From positions 1-54,579 of the IMG/VR virus record IMGVR_UViG_3300044801_000147: a stretch of DNA of 54,579 nt; one strand, 5' to 3'. Shown piece by piece: positions 7,586-16,600 of the stretch (within the stretch, counting starts at the first letter, position 1; every line of letters begins with the position of its first letter). A program made the position numbers and the translations under genes. Under the pieces are notes generated by a model. The model was not told the origin of the DNA, did no database searches, and saw nothing but the letters and a program-made list of their open reading frames with translations. The DNA comes from a virus. Lineage: Duplodnaviria; Caudoviricetes.

Positions 7586-8425
7586 ATGGCCAAGAACCAG
7601 GACAAGAGGTGCCCGCAGTGCGGCGGGCAGATAGACTACTTCGGATCGTGCCGCAAGTGCGGGCGCGAGTGGTCGGAGAGGCTGGAGCTCGACGAGCAGG
7701 CGGCGGGGAAGCCCGAGGGCGAGCAGCACGACGCCTACGTCAAGGACCAGCGGGGGAAGAAGCCGACCAGGAACAGGAACACCAAGAACCCCAAGAGGTC
7801 CAGGAAGGCCCCCAGGCTGCCCGAGAAGTTCGCGGAGTGGATGATCGACCCCGTGCGCGACAGCGAGACGGAGATTATCACGAAGCGTTCCTTGATGCGC
7901 CTGGACTCCCGGCGGGCCTATGTAGCCCTCGGCCTGTCTGTCCAGGCCTACGACGCCCAAAAAAGGGCGCTGCTGTGCCTATCCCGTTTGGAGGATGTGC
8001 TCGACGAAGAAGACCGTCAGACCATTTCGCCCACCATAGGACTCCTGAAGCGGGCGTTCGCTGATCTTGACATAGTCAGGAGGGTTAAGACAGTGGAAAT
8101 GGCTGAGATGGAAATGGCACTGGAGAAAGCCCACTCAGCGGCCCGCAAGGCCAGGCTGAGACTGCTCGCGAAGGAAGCCAAAAAGTCCAAGGAAAGGATA
8201 GATGCAGTGCAGGGGGTAGGAGGACCGCAGGGTCCGGGGCGGCCTCCCGGCCTGGGACATGTCGTGCCGATCCTGACCGGACAGGACACAGAGGGGTTCA
8301 GTACGCCTGAGCCCGCCGTCATACCTTCCGCCGATCTCCTGGAAAAGGCAAAGGAAAGACTGATGGGCATTGACAAAGAAAAGTTAGCGAGAAAAAAGCG
8401 TAGCGATCCCGAGGGTGGTCTTTGA
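7586..8425 (+). CDS. Hypothetical protein with N-terminal Zn ribbon
   Basis: GAGG RBS. CPQCG..CRKCG. Helical, charged C-terminal half. Lies upstream of the portal-like gene. Confidence 0.75.
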   Translation: MAKNQDKRCPQCGGQIDYFGSCRKCGREWSERLELDEQAAGKPEGEQHDAYVKDQRGKKPTRNRNTKNPKRSRKAPRLPEKFAEWMIDPVRDSETEIITKRSLMRLDSRRAYVALGLSVQAYDAQKRALLCLSRLEDVLDEEDRQTISPTIGLLKRAFADLDIVRRVKTVEMAEMEMALEKAHSAARKARLRLLAKEAKKSKERIDAVQGVGGPQGPGRPPGLGHVVPILTGQDTEGFSTPEPAVIPSADLLEKAKERLMGIDKEKLARKKRSDPEGGL

Positions 8426-8465
8426 CGAGTAAATTGACTTCCCATCTCTTAGCGGGGGTGTCAGT

Positions 8466-9158
8466 TTGCTTCAGAGAAAATGCCCGCAGTGTGCTCAGGC
8501 CATAGACTACTCCAACTCGGGCAACTTCAACAGGGCGGAAAAGGCTAAAAGCCGCTGCAAGGTATGCACGGGGCTGGGGAGGTTCAAGCCTGACTTGGTA
8601 GGAAAGAGGTTTGGCAACTTAGTCGTGCTCAGCAAAATTGTCCCGTCCCCCAAACCCCACGTCTCCTCCTGGACCGTACGCTGCGATTGCGGCGAGGAGT
8701 GGGCTGTTTCAGGCGGCAGCCTTCGGAGCGGTGGGACCTCAAGATGCTGGACATGCAAGACCGTGGACAGCGGCAAAAAACGGCGGCGTTTCACCGACGA
8801 AGAAAAGTGGTGTCCCGCTTGCAGGGGTTGGCTACCGCTTGATAGGTTCGGGGTCAACCTAGCCCGCCCCAGCGGAAAAGCAGACCGCTGCAAGGTTCAC
8901 GCTCGGGCCGATTGGCACGCGTCTGAGTATAACCTTTCCCCAGAACAGTACGCCTCTATGCGGGCGAAGCAGGGCGGAAGATGCGCTATCTGCAACAGTG
9001 ATTTTAGTTTGTGCGTAGATCATAACCACAAGACGGGGTTTGTCAGAGGTCTTTTGTGCAGACGGTGCAACATGATGTTAGGTCATTTGAATGATGATGT
9101 TGCGGCTCTTGAACGCGCGATCCAGTACCTCCAAGCTGACTTTGCGGCGCAAGAGTAG
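8466..9158 (+). CDS. Endonuclease VII-like (HNH) homing endonuclease
   Basis: QGGRCAIC..CVDHNHKTGFVRGLLCRRCN. DLVGKRFGNLVV..W..RCDCG module. Confidence 0.88.
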   Translation: MLQRKCPQCAQAIDYSNSGNFNRAEKAKSRCKVCTGLGRFKPDLVGKRFGNLVVLSKIVPSPKPHVSSWTVRCDCGEEWAVSGGSLRSGGTSRCWTCKTVDSGKKRRRFTDEEKWCPACRGWLPLDRFGVNLARPSGKADRCKVHARADWHASEYNLSPEQYASMRAKQGGRCAICNSDFSLCVDHNHKTGFVRGLLCRRCNMMLGHLNDDVAALERAIQYLQADFAAQE

Positions 9159-9168
9159 GGGATAGAGA

Positions 9169-11781
9169 ATGGCAGACGAGAAGAAGCCGACCGGGAAGCG
9201 CGAGAGGAACGGAAGCGTCAAAGTGGGGAAGGCCACGGAGACTCGCAAAGTCGCTAAGGTTGGCCTACAAGAGTATGCCAGCGCCGGACGTTATACTACG
9301 CTCAGCGAGGACGGCAAGAGCATCCAGGACGACGCCGCCTACCGCGGCCGCGTCCGCGCCATGCGCGGGCTGGCGGACTCCCTGCTCGGCACTGACCCCA
9401 CCATACAGACTGGCAAGACCGCAGGCGGCCTCTTCGGCGGCGACAGCGGCGTCGGGTACGCGGACATCGCGGACTCTAACAACATCGGCTACTACTCCTA
9501 CGAGTTCCCGGTCGACGCCCTTGAGCTCCCCGCGTCCCGCGCCGAGGAGCTGCGCTTCTACCGCCTCGCCTACGACCGCGACCCGATCGTCGGGCGGGCC
9601 ATCGACCTGCACACCGAGCTCCCGCTGTCCAAGATGGAGCTCTCCAAGCCGAAGTGCTCCTCCGAGGAGTACGCGGACTTCGTGTTCGACGAGTTCCAGC
9701 GTTTCGTCTCCAACACCAGGCTCTTCCAGCTCCTCATCGACGCCGTCCGCGAGTACTGGACGATCGGCGAGACGTTCATCTTCGTGGAGAAGCCGAACGA
9801 CATCGAGCCGTGCAAGGAGGCGCAGAAGATCATGGAGAAGGACGAGCCCGGCGACTCGTCCGAGCCAGGCAGGGAGTCCGAGTTCCACTCGCCCCTGGGC
9901 GGCACGTCTGACAGGATAATGGAGTACCTAGACCCGTCCAAGCGTTCCTCGTGGGTTGACAAGAACGCCTCCCTGATCGAGGAGATCAAGAAGGCCGGGC
10001 TAGGGTTCGACTTTTATGAGGACGCCAGCAAGGTAGGGCAGGAGGTCCAGAGGAAGAAGGCGGCGCTCAACAAGCGCACCCTCCAGATCGCGAAGACCGC
10101 AGGGGTTTCCGCGAGGACGCTGGCGAAGGTTATCATCGCGTCCGACCCGCTGGACCGTAGCAACATCGGCGTCCCGTTCAGCCGCGTGCTTGAGGCCCGC
10201 GCCAGGATGGCTAAGCTCATCAGCCGCATAGACAGGGACGACTCGCTCAACGCGCCGATCCAGGTCCAGGCGGACTTCACCAAGACGGCGCAGCCGCCAG
10301 CGGCCCCGGCCGCCCCGGCACCGCCTGCGGGCGACGCGGGGGCGGGAGCGCCTCCGGGCGCTGAGGCCGCCGCCCCAGGGGCGGAGGGAGCGCCGCTCGG
10401 CGACCCAGGGCTGGGAGACGTCGCGGGGGCGGGTGACCCAGGGGGCGCGGGAGCGCCGCCGATGGGCGGGGGCGGGGGCGGCATGTCCATCCCCGGAGAC
10501 ATGGCGGGCGAGGCGCAGGACGCCATCGCGGCGGGCGCGTCGGTCACGGCGCAGCGCGAGCTGATGGAGATGAAGCACCTCCTCAGGCTGATGGAGAAGA
10601 AGAAGGAGCTCCTTGAGGACCTGAAGGAGATACGCGAGAAGAAGCACGAGGAGCTTGAGCTGTTCTCGCACGTCACGAACAAGGACTACGACGGGCCGAC
10701 CAAGATTCAGATTCTCCCGCCCGAGCAGATGGAGGTCGTCAACGAGGGCCAGATGGAGGACGGGCCGACGATCTACTACAAGCCGCCGGAGGGCCAGAAG
10801 CAGTCCTACCTTGAGGACCCCGACGTGCCGTCCGAGGTGAAGGAGAAGATTCAGACAGAGGGCAAGATTCCGCTGAACCAGGACCCGATGAAGGGCTCCT
10901 ACGTCATCCACTTCGCCCGCAAGAAGTCCGGCTACGAGCTGCACGGCCGCTCGATCCTGCAACGTTGCATCCGCACGGTCATCTACCGCGAGAAGCTGCG
11001 CCAGGTGCAGAGCACCCTCGCGTCCCGCAACATGACGCCGAAGACCATGGTCATCGCGCCGGGCATCCCGACTTCCGAGGTCATGGCCCTCCGCGCACAC
11101 GTCGACGAGGCGAAGGCGGACCCGGACTACAGCGTCGTGCTGAACTACGAGGCCCGCTGGGACGAGATCGGCTCCGACGGCAGGCTGCTCGCGCTGGACG
11201 GCGAGTACAACCACACCAACTCCGACCTGGCGATCGGCCTCGGCCTCTCGCCGGAAATCCTGATCGGCGAGGGCATGTACTCCGGCAACAGAATACAGTT
11301 GGAAATTATGAACGTTTCATACGTACAATTTCGAGACCTCCTGACCACGCTGCTTGAGGACCTTGTTTTCAAGCCCTTCGCGATGGAAAAGGGGTTCTAC
11401 GAAATTGACAAATACGGGCGTCCCCGCTGGATTTTCCCGAAGGTGACGTTCAGCCGCATGGCGCTCCGCGACTCGGGTGACTTGTATGATATGTTGTTCA
11501 ATTTATACGCGAAGGGCTCGCTGCCTGTCGACATCATCTACGAGTTCCTCTCGATCGACGCCGAGGACGCGACCCGCAAGCTGGAGGACAACCTCTACAC
11601 GGTCAAGGACTCGAAGTTCAACGAAGTTTTGTCGAACATCTACAACAGCGTGGGCGAGTGGCTCATGGCCAACACCGACCTGGGCAAGAAGCTCGTCAAG
11701 GGCCTCCAGCTCTCCGAGACGGACCACGCCGAGGACCAGGGCGGGGAGGGCCCCGAGGGCAGCGGCGAGGGCATGGCTTAG
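9169..11781 (+). CDS. Portal-like protein with a large low-complexity insertion
   Basis: DPIVGRAIDLHTELP, EYWTIGETFIF, VIHFARK..HGRSIL, LAIGLGLSPEILIGEG, Q..L...LE..VFKP are typical of large-phage portals. Position at the start of the structural module. Confidence 0.75.
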   Translation: MADEKKPTGKRERNGSVKVGKATETRKVAKVGLQEYASAGRYTTLSEDGKSIQDDAAYRGRVRAMRGLADSLLGTDPTIQTGKTAGGLFGGDSGVGYADIADSNNIGYYSYEFPVDALELPASRAEELRFYRLAYDRDPIVGRAIDLHTELPLSKMELSKPKCSSEEYADFVFDEFQRFVSNTRLFQLLIDAVREYWTIGETFIFVEKPNDIEPCKEAQKIMEKDEPGDSSEPGRESEFHSPLGGTSDRIMEYLDPSKRSSWVDKNASLIEEIKKAGLGFDFYEDASKVGQEVQRKKAALNKRTLQIAKTAGVSARTLAKVIIASDPLDRSNIGVPFSRVLEARARMAKLISRIDRDDSLNAPIQVQADFTKTAQPPAAPAAPAPPAGDAGAGAPPGAEAAAPGAEGAPLGDPGLGDVAGAGDPGGAGAPPMGGGGGGMSIPGDMAGEAQDAIAAGASVTAQRELMEMKHLLRLMEKKKELLEDLKEIREKKHEELELFSHVTNKDYDGPTKIQILPPEQMEVVNEGQMEDGPTIYYKPPEGQKQSYLEDPDVPSEVKEKIQTEGKIPLNQDPMKGSYVIHFARKKSGYELHGRSILQRCIRTVIYREKLRQVQSTLASRNMTPKTMVIAPGIPTSEVMALRAHVDEAKADPDYSVVLNYEARWDEIGSDGRLLALDGEYNHTNSDLAIGLGLSPEILIGEGMYSGNRIQLEIMNVSYVQFRDLLTTLLEDLVFKPFAMEKGFYEIDKYGRPRWIFPKVTFSRMALRDSGDLYDMLFNLYAKGSLPVDIIYEFLSIDAEDATRKLEDNLYTVKDSKFNEVLSNIYNSVGEWLMANTDLGKKLVKGLQLSETDHAEDQGGEGPEGSGEGMA

Positions 11782-11827
11782 CCTGTGAACTTTTGACTTT
11801 TCTCAGTATTTAGTATGAGAGGTCTAA

Positions 11828-12730
11828 ATGTTCATCTATCTAATCGTCAACCACGCGACTGGAAAGTACTACGTGGGGCAGCACAAGGGCAACAACCTTA
11901 GGAAGTACCTTCAGAAAAAGCTCTGGGCTGCAAAACACAAAGTTGCTGGAAGTTCACACCTGTTCAACTCAATGCGCAAATATCCAGATCACTCTATCTG
12001 GTCCGTCCACGCTCTCTTGTCCGATGTCCAAACTAAAGCTGAACTGGACCAGCACGAGCGCGACTTCATCGCTTTCCTCAAGTCCAGAGACCCGAAATAC
12101 GGTTACAACATCTGCCGTGGCGGTGAGGGAAACACTGGTTCACCCTCCGTAGAAACCCGTAAGAAGTTATCCGCCGCCAGCAAACGGTCTTGGAGTGACC
12201 CAGATATACGGAAGAGCCATCATGTAAAACTGCGAGGACGCAAGCAGCCTCCCGATGCGGTTGCCAAAATGAGAAACACCAGAAGAAGAAAGTACGGACA
12301 ATCTGGCTATCCGGGGTTAACTTCCTTCAAAGACATGACGGGCACAGTTGTCAACGGAATAAGCATTCTAAGCCGCTTGGCAAACGCCAAGGACGGGGCT
12401 GCGGTTTGGTTGTGCCGTTGCACGTGCGGGAAAGCCTTTCCGGCAAGGGCGTACTCCCTGCGCAGCGGACACACAAAAAGCTGCGGTTGCCTAAAGATCA
12501 GGCAAGATCAGGTCAACCTTAAACTGATACATCGCCGTGCAATGATCCCCAGGAAGCTGGTCGTCCCGCCCTGGTGCGGCGCGAGCGAGGTCATGGCGCT
12601 GCGGGCGCACATAGACGAGGCGGTCACCGACCCGGACTACTCCGTGGTCGTCTCCTACGAGTGCAGGTGGGACGAGGCGGACTACCGCGACCCGGAAGTC
12701 CCGCTGCGCCGCCAGATCAGAACCCCATGA
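11828..12730 (+). CDS. GIY-YIG homing endonuclease fused to a portal-derived C-terminal segment
   Basis: FIYLIVN..GKYYVGQ, GYNICRGGEG, NUMOD3-like SVETRKKLS, WLCRCTCG..TKSCGC. The last ~60 aa resemble an internal portal segment. Confidence 0.9.
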   Translation: MFIYLIVNHATGKYYVGQHKGNNLRKYLQKKLWAAKHKVAGSSHLFNSMRKYPDHSIWSVHALLSDVQTKAELDQHERDFIAFLKSRDPKYGYNICRGGEGNTGSPSVETRKKLSAASKRSWSDPDIRKSHHVKLRGRKQPPDAVAKMRNTRRRKYGQSGYPGLTSFKDMTGTVVNGISILSRLANAKDGAAVWLCRCTCGKAFPARAYSLRSGHTKSCGCLKIRQDQVNLKLIHRRAMIPRKLVVPPWCGASEVMALRAHIDEAVTDPDYSVVVSYECRWDEADYRDPEVPLRRQIRTP

Positions 12731-12911
12731 AAGCATAAGACTTGGCCTCGGCAGCGTCCCCGGAAAACGGCTTTCCGCGCACTAAGTAGGGGAACCGCGC
12801 CTTGATCACAACTCTCGATACTCAGTCCTGGTCGCAGGAACCTGTTGAAAATAAAGGTTAGCGTCCTCGCAACGCTGCTGGAAACGCGATTTCCTCGCCA
12901 TAGGTAGGGAG

Positions 12912-13697
12912 TTGCCCGTGGTCATTTCTGTTCGCCAGCGAGAGGTCTTGTCCGCCCTAGTCCCTGGCGCTGATTTTTCGCCGTACTTCGCCTTCGTCGA
13001 GTCCCTGCCCGCAGTTGAAACCGGGCACAGGCACCACATCCTCCCGAGGAAAGAGTTCCCCGAGTTCGCCAAGGACCCGGGCAACATCGCTCGACTTTCT
13101 CCGACCGACCATCTCAAGGCCCACTACTGGCTCGCGGTGTGCGCCCCCGTCTACGAGCCATTCCAACTGGTGTTCTACCTCATGGCCAACAGGAAAAGGG
13201 CCTATCAAGTGAGCGTAAATGAGTTGCTGGAGTGTGCCGAGGTCTATGAGAGAGGTAGGGTGAGGCAGCTGGAGCAGGTCCGTAGTAGGTGCAAGGTTTT
13301 TGAGAGTGAACTTGTTGGAAGGCGGTTTGGGCGGCTGGCCGTGGTCGCCCTGAACGGTAGAGGAATCCACAGAGACAGCGCGTGGCTGTGCCGATGCGAT
13401 TGCGGGGCGGAAAAAACGATTGACAGAAGACGCCTGATGTCCGGGGACGCAAAAAGTTGTGGATGCTCTCGCTCCGGGTCACTGGTAGGACAGAGGTTTG
13501 GGAGGATGACGGTTTCCTCACGTCATCCGGATAACGGATCATACGGGCACACCCGTTGGGTCGCCAAGTGCGACTGCGGCACAGAAAAACCCGTCCTTGG
13601 GGCCTCTCTTTTGTCCGGAGTAACAAAAAGCTGCGGCTGTCTGCGGCAGGAAAACACCGCAAATCTAGCAAAAGTCCGTGCTGCCAGGGCCAGCTGA
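12912..13697 (+). CDS. HNH homing endonuclease with two Cys-rich repeats
   Basis: HRHHILPR..GNIARLS..DHLKAH. Two LVG.RFGR...W..CDCG...SG..KSCGC repeats. Confidence 0.85.
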   Translation: MPVVISVRQREVLSALVPGADFSPYFAFVESLPAVETGHRHHILPRKEFPEFAKDPGNIARLSPTDHLKAHYWLAVCAPVYEPFQLVFYLMANRKRAYQVSVNELLECAEVYERGRVRQLEQVRSRCKVFESELVGRRFGRLAVVALNGRGIHRDSAWLCRCDCGAEKTIDRRRLMSGDAKSCGCSRSGSLVGQRFGRMTVSSRHPDNGSYGHTRWVAKCDCGTEKPVLGASLLSGVTKSCGCLRQENTANLAKVRAARAS

Positions 13698-13699
13698 CA

Positions 13700-16600
13700 A
13701 TGATAACGATTTTGGATCAGGTGCCTTGGAGTCAGGTTCTGGTGAGCGGCAACGGCGAGTTCGTCACCGTGCCGAACCCCCTCACGCCCTCGGGCGAGCT
13801 CTACGTCATCTCGAACGTGAGGACGGCCTCCAACTCCTTCGCCGTCCTGAAGTCCATCCCCGTGCCCCCGTCCCCCGGCCCAGGCGCTTCCTTCGAGACG
13901 AAGGCCACCTACGTCTTCAACGAGCCGAACACGGACTTCGACCCCGTGGCGGCGTACGACCCGGCCAACCAGCTGCTCCACATCCTCGGCACGCGCAACA
14001 CCCCGACCAACGGGTTCGGGTTCTCGTTCGGCTTCAACTTCGGCCAGGCGTTCGGGTCCAGCCCCCAGCTGAACGACCTGATCAAGTTCACGTTCGACAC
14101 GAACACCAACAACCTGACGGGCCCCTTCGTGCTCAGCACGGGCGCGAGGATCAGGGGCTCCTACGACATCGCCGTCCTCCCGAACTCCAACGTCGTGGTC
14201 GGGGTGTGCCTCGCCGACCCGATCCTCGCGGTCGCCGGGATCGCCAGCGTTGACGTGCACGGCAACGTGGCCACGGTGACCTTCACGGTCCCGCTCGCCA
14301 CGCCCTACGCGCCCGGGCAGTGGGTCCTGGTAGACGGCCTGACGAACGCCACGTTCCTGAACGGCCAGCTCCTCCAGGTGCTCACGGCGAACGCGACGCA
14401 GTTCACCGCGCCCTACGGCACGGGCGGCTTCGGCCTCATCTTCGGCGCTAGGTTCGGCGCGGGCTTCGCCTACGGCCCTACGGCCGAGCCGTCGGGCGCT
14501 ACCGCGTCCCCCGTCGGCGAGAGCCTGCTCGCCATGGAGCTCACCCCGTCCAGCGTCGTGGTGCCGGGCACCGCCGTGATCCTGGACAGCTCCCCGTCGC
14601 GCACGGGCAACTCGTTCGACGCCGTGTCCCTGGTCGCCCCGCCGCTGACCCGGAACGTCGAGCTTTACTACCAGACGCACCCGAAGAACATCACCTTCCA
14701 GGACCAGCTCTTCACCGTCGCCCTGTTCAACCGGGCCGCCGGGACCTGGGACCCCGCGCCGACGGTCCTAACCACGTTCCCCGCACGCTGGGCGGACGAC
14801 CGCCTCACCGTGCTCCAGGACACGGCGGGCAACCGCTACATGTCCCAGACGTACTGGACGCAGCTCAACCACCCGGAGGGGATCGTCGGCAACGCCTTTC
14901 TCGGCTTCCGCCCCGCCGGGGGCTTCGGGTACGGCTTCGGCTTCAACTTCGGCAACGGGCAGACCAACGACTGGCTCTTCCACCCCACGTTCGGCACGAC
15001 CGTGGGCGGCTCCATCATCCAGGGCACGCTCTCCGTCGACGAGAACCTGGACGTCAGCTACATCTACCTGCTCCAGCCGTTCGACCAGATACCAGCGCCG
15101 CCGTCCGCGATAGCCTGGCCGCTGCACGTGGCGTCCGTGGCGATCCCGTCCCTCAACCTGACCGAGGTGCCGGGCTTCTACAACGGCCTGAACCTCACAT
15201 GGGTGCGGGGTACCAAGAGCCTTGTCGACGACCTGTCCGCGTGGGCCGTCGTCGGCGAGACGGAGGGGGCGCTGCCTCCCTCGCCGACCACCGTCCCGCT
15301 GTACGTCAGCCTGTTCAACGTGCCCCCGATCGCCAACGTGAAGCCGCCCGTCGTGACCCTGTGGCGCAACAACACGTGGTGGGCCACGGACGTCAGCCTG
15401 GCCACGAGTTTCGCCGTCGCCTCCGGCGTGGTCACGGTGCAGGCCGCCAACGACTTCGTCCCCGGCGAGGCGGTCGCGGTCTGGGGCTTCCAGAACCCGC
15501 CCAACGAGTTCCTCAACGGCACCGTCCTGACCGTGCTCACGGCCAACGCCACGTCGTTCACCGCCGCCCTCGCGCACGCCAACTACACGTTCGTGCCCGG
15601 CGGCTTCGGCTTCGGCCTGATGTTCGGCCTCGGATTCGGCGGGACGGACGCGGGCTACGTCGCGCTCCTCGAGCCCGGCCCGCTCGTGCTCGACGCCAGC
15701 GGCTCCACGTCCCCGAGCCTTGACCCGCTCGGCTTCACCTGGACCGAGAACTACCCGGGCGCGGGCGTCACGATCGCCCCGACCCCCTCCGGCTCCATGG
15801 CCGAGCTGACCGTCGCGGACTCCGTGGGCGGCCCCGGCTTCGTGTTCGACGTAGGGGTGGCCGTCACCGATACCGCGTCCCCGCACCCGCCCGCGACCGC
15901 GACCGTGGTCTCGGTCTCCGGCGGCACGGTCACGTTCACGATCAACAACGCGCCCGACTCGCTGCCGCTCCTGCCGTTCGCGCCCCGCGAGCAGGTCATG
16001 CCGTACGACATCGCGGTCGCCTACGGCTTCGGCCTCAGCTTCGGGCTGAACTTCGGCGACGCCGACAACTCCGCGCTGGGGTTCCTGAACGACCGGGTGC
16101 TCACCGTGCTGGCGACCCCGCCCCCGACGTCTACGTCGTTCTCCGCGCTGTGCTCCCCAGGCAGCTTCTCCGGGACGGTGCCCGTCACGGGCTTCGTGAT
16201 GCCGCAGTTCCAGTTCGCGCAGACCGTGGTCACGGTGCCGACGAACGTCGCCCCCACGGTCACGTTCCCCAACTCCTCGTGGTCCGGCTTCGGCAACGTC
16301 TTCGGCTTCTTCTTCGGTGAGGGGCCGTACCTGGACATCGCCAGGAACACGACGTTCACCGTCACGCCGAACACGCCGCTCCTGGCGAACCAGTACCCCG
16401 TGGTCTACACGGGGCTGACGGACCCGGACGACGTCCCTACGTTCTCGTGGGTCCAGACCTCCGGCACGACCGTGGCCATGAGCGGCACGACGTCCCCGAG
16501 CGTCACGATCAGCACCGCCGGGGCGAACATCCTCGGGGAGACGCTCACCTTCCAGGCGGCCGTGGACGACGGCGTCAACCCGACCGCGACCGCGTCCTTC

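Noticed and set aside
11032-12676. Portal segment duplication as a diversity-generating retroelement TR/VR pair
   Set aside because: Mismatches are not adenine-specific (many C/G synonymous changes), and no reverse transcriptase is present in the window.
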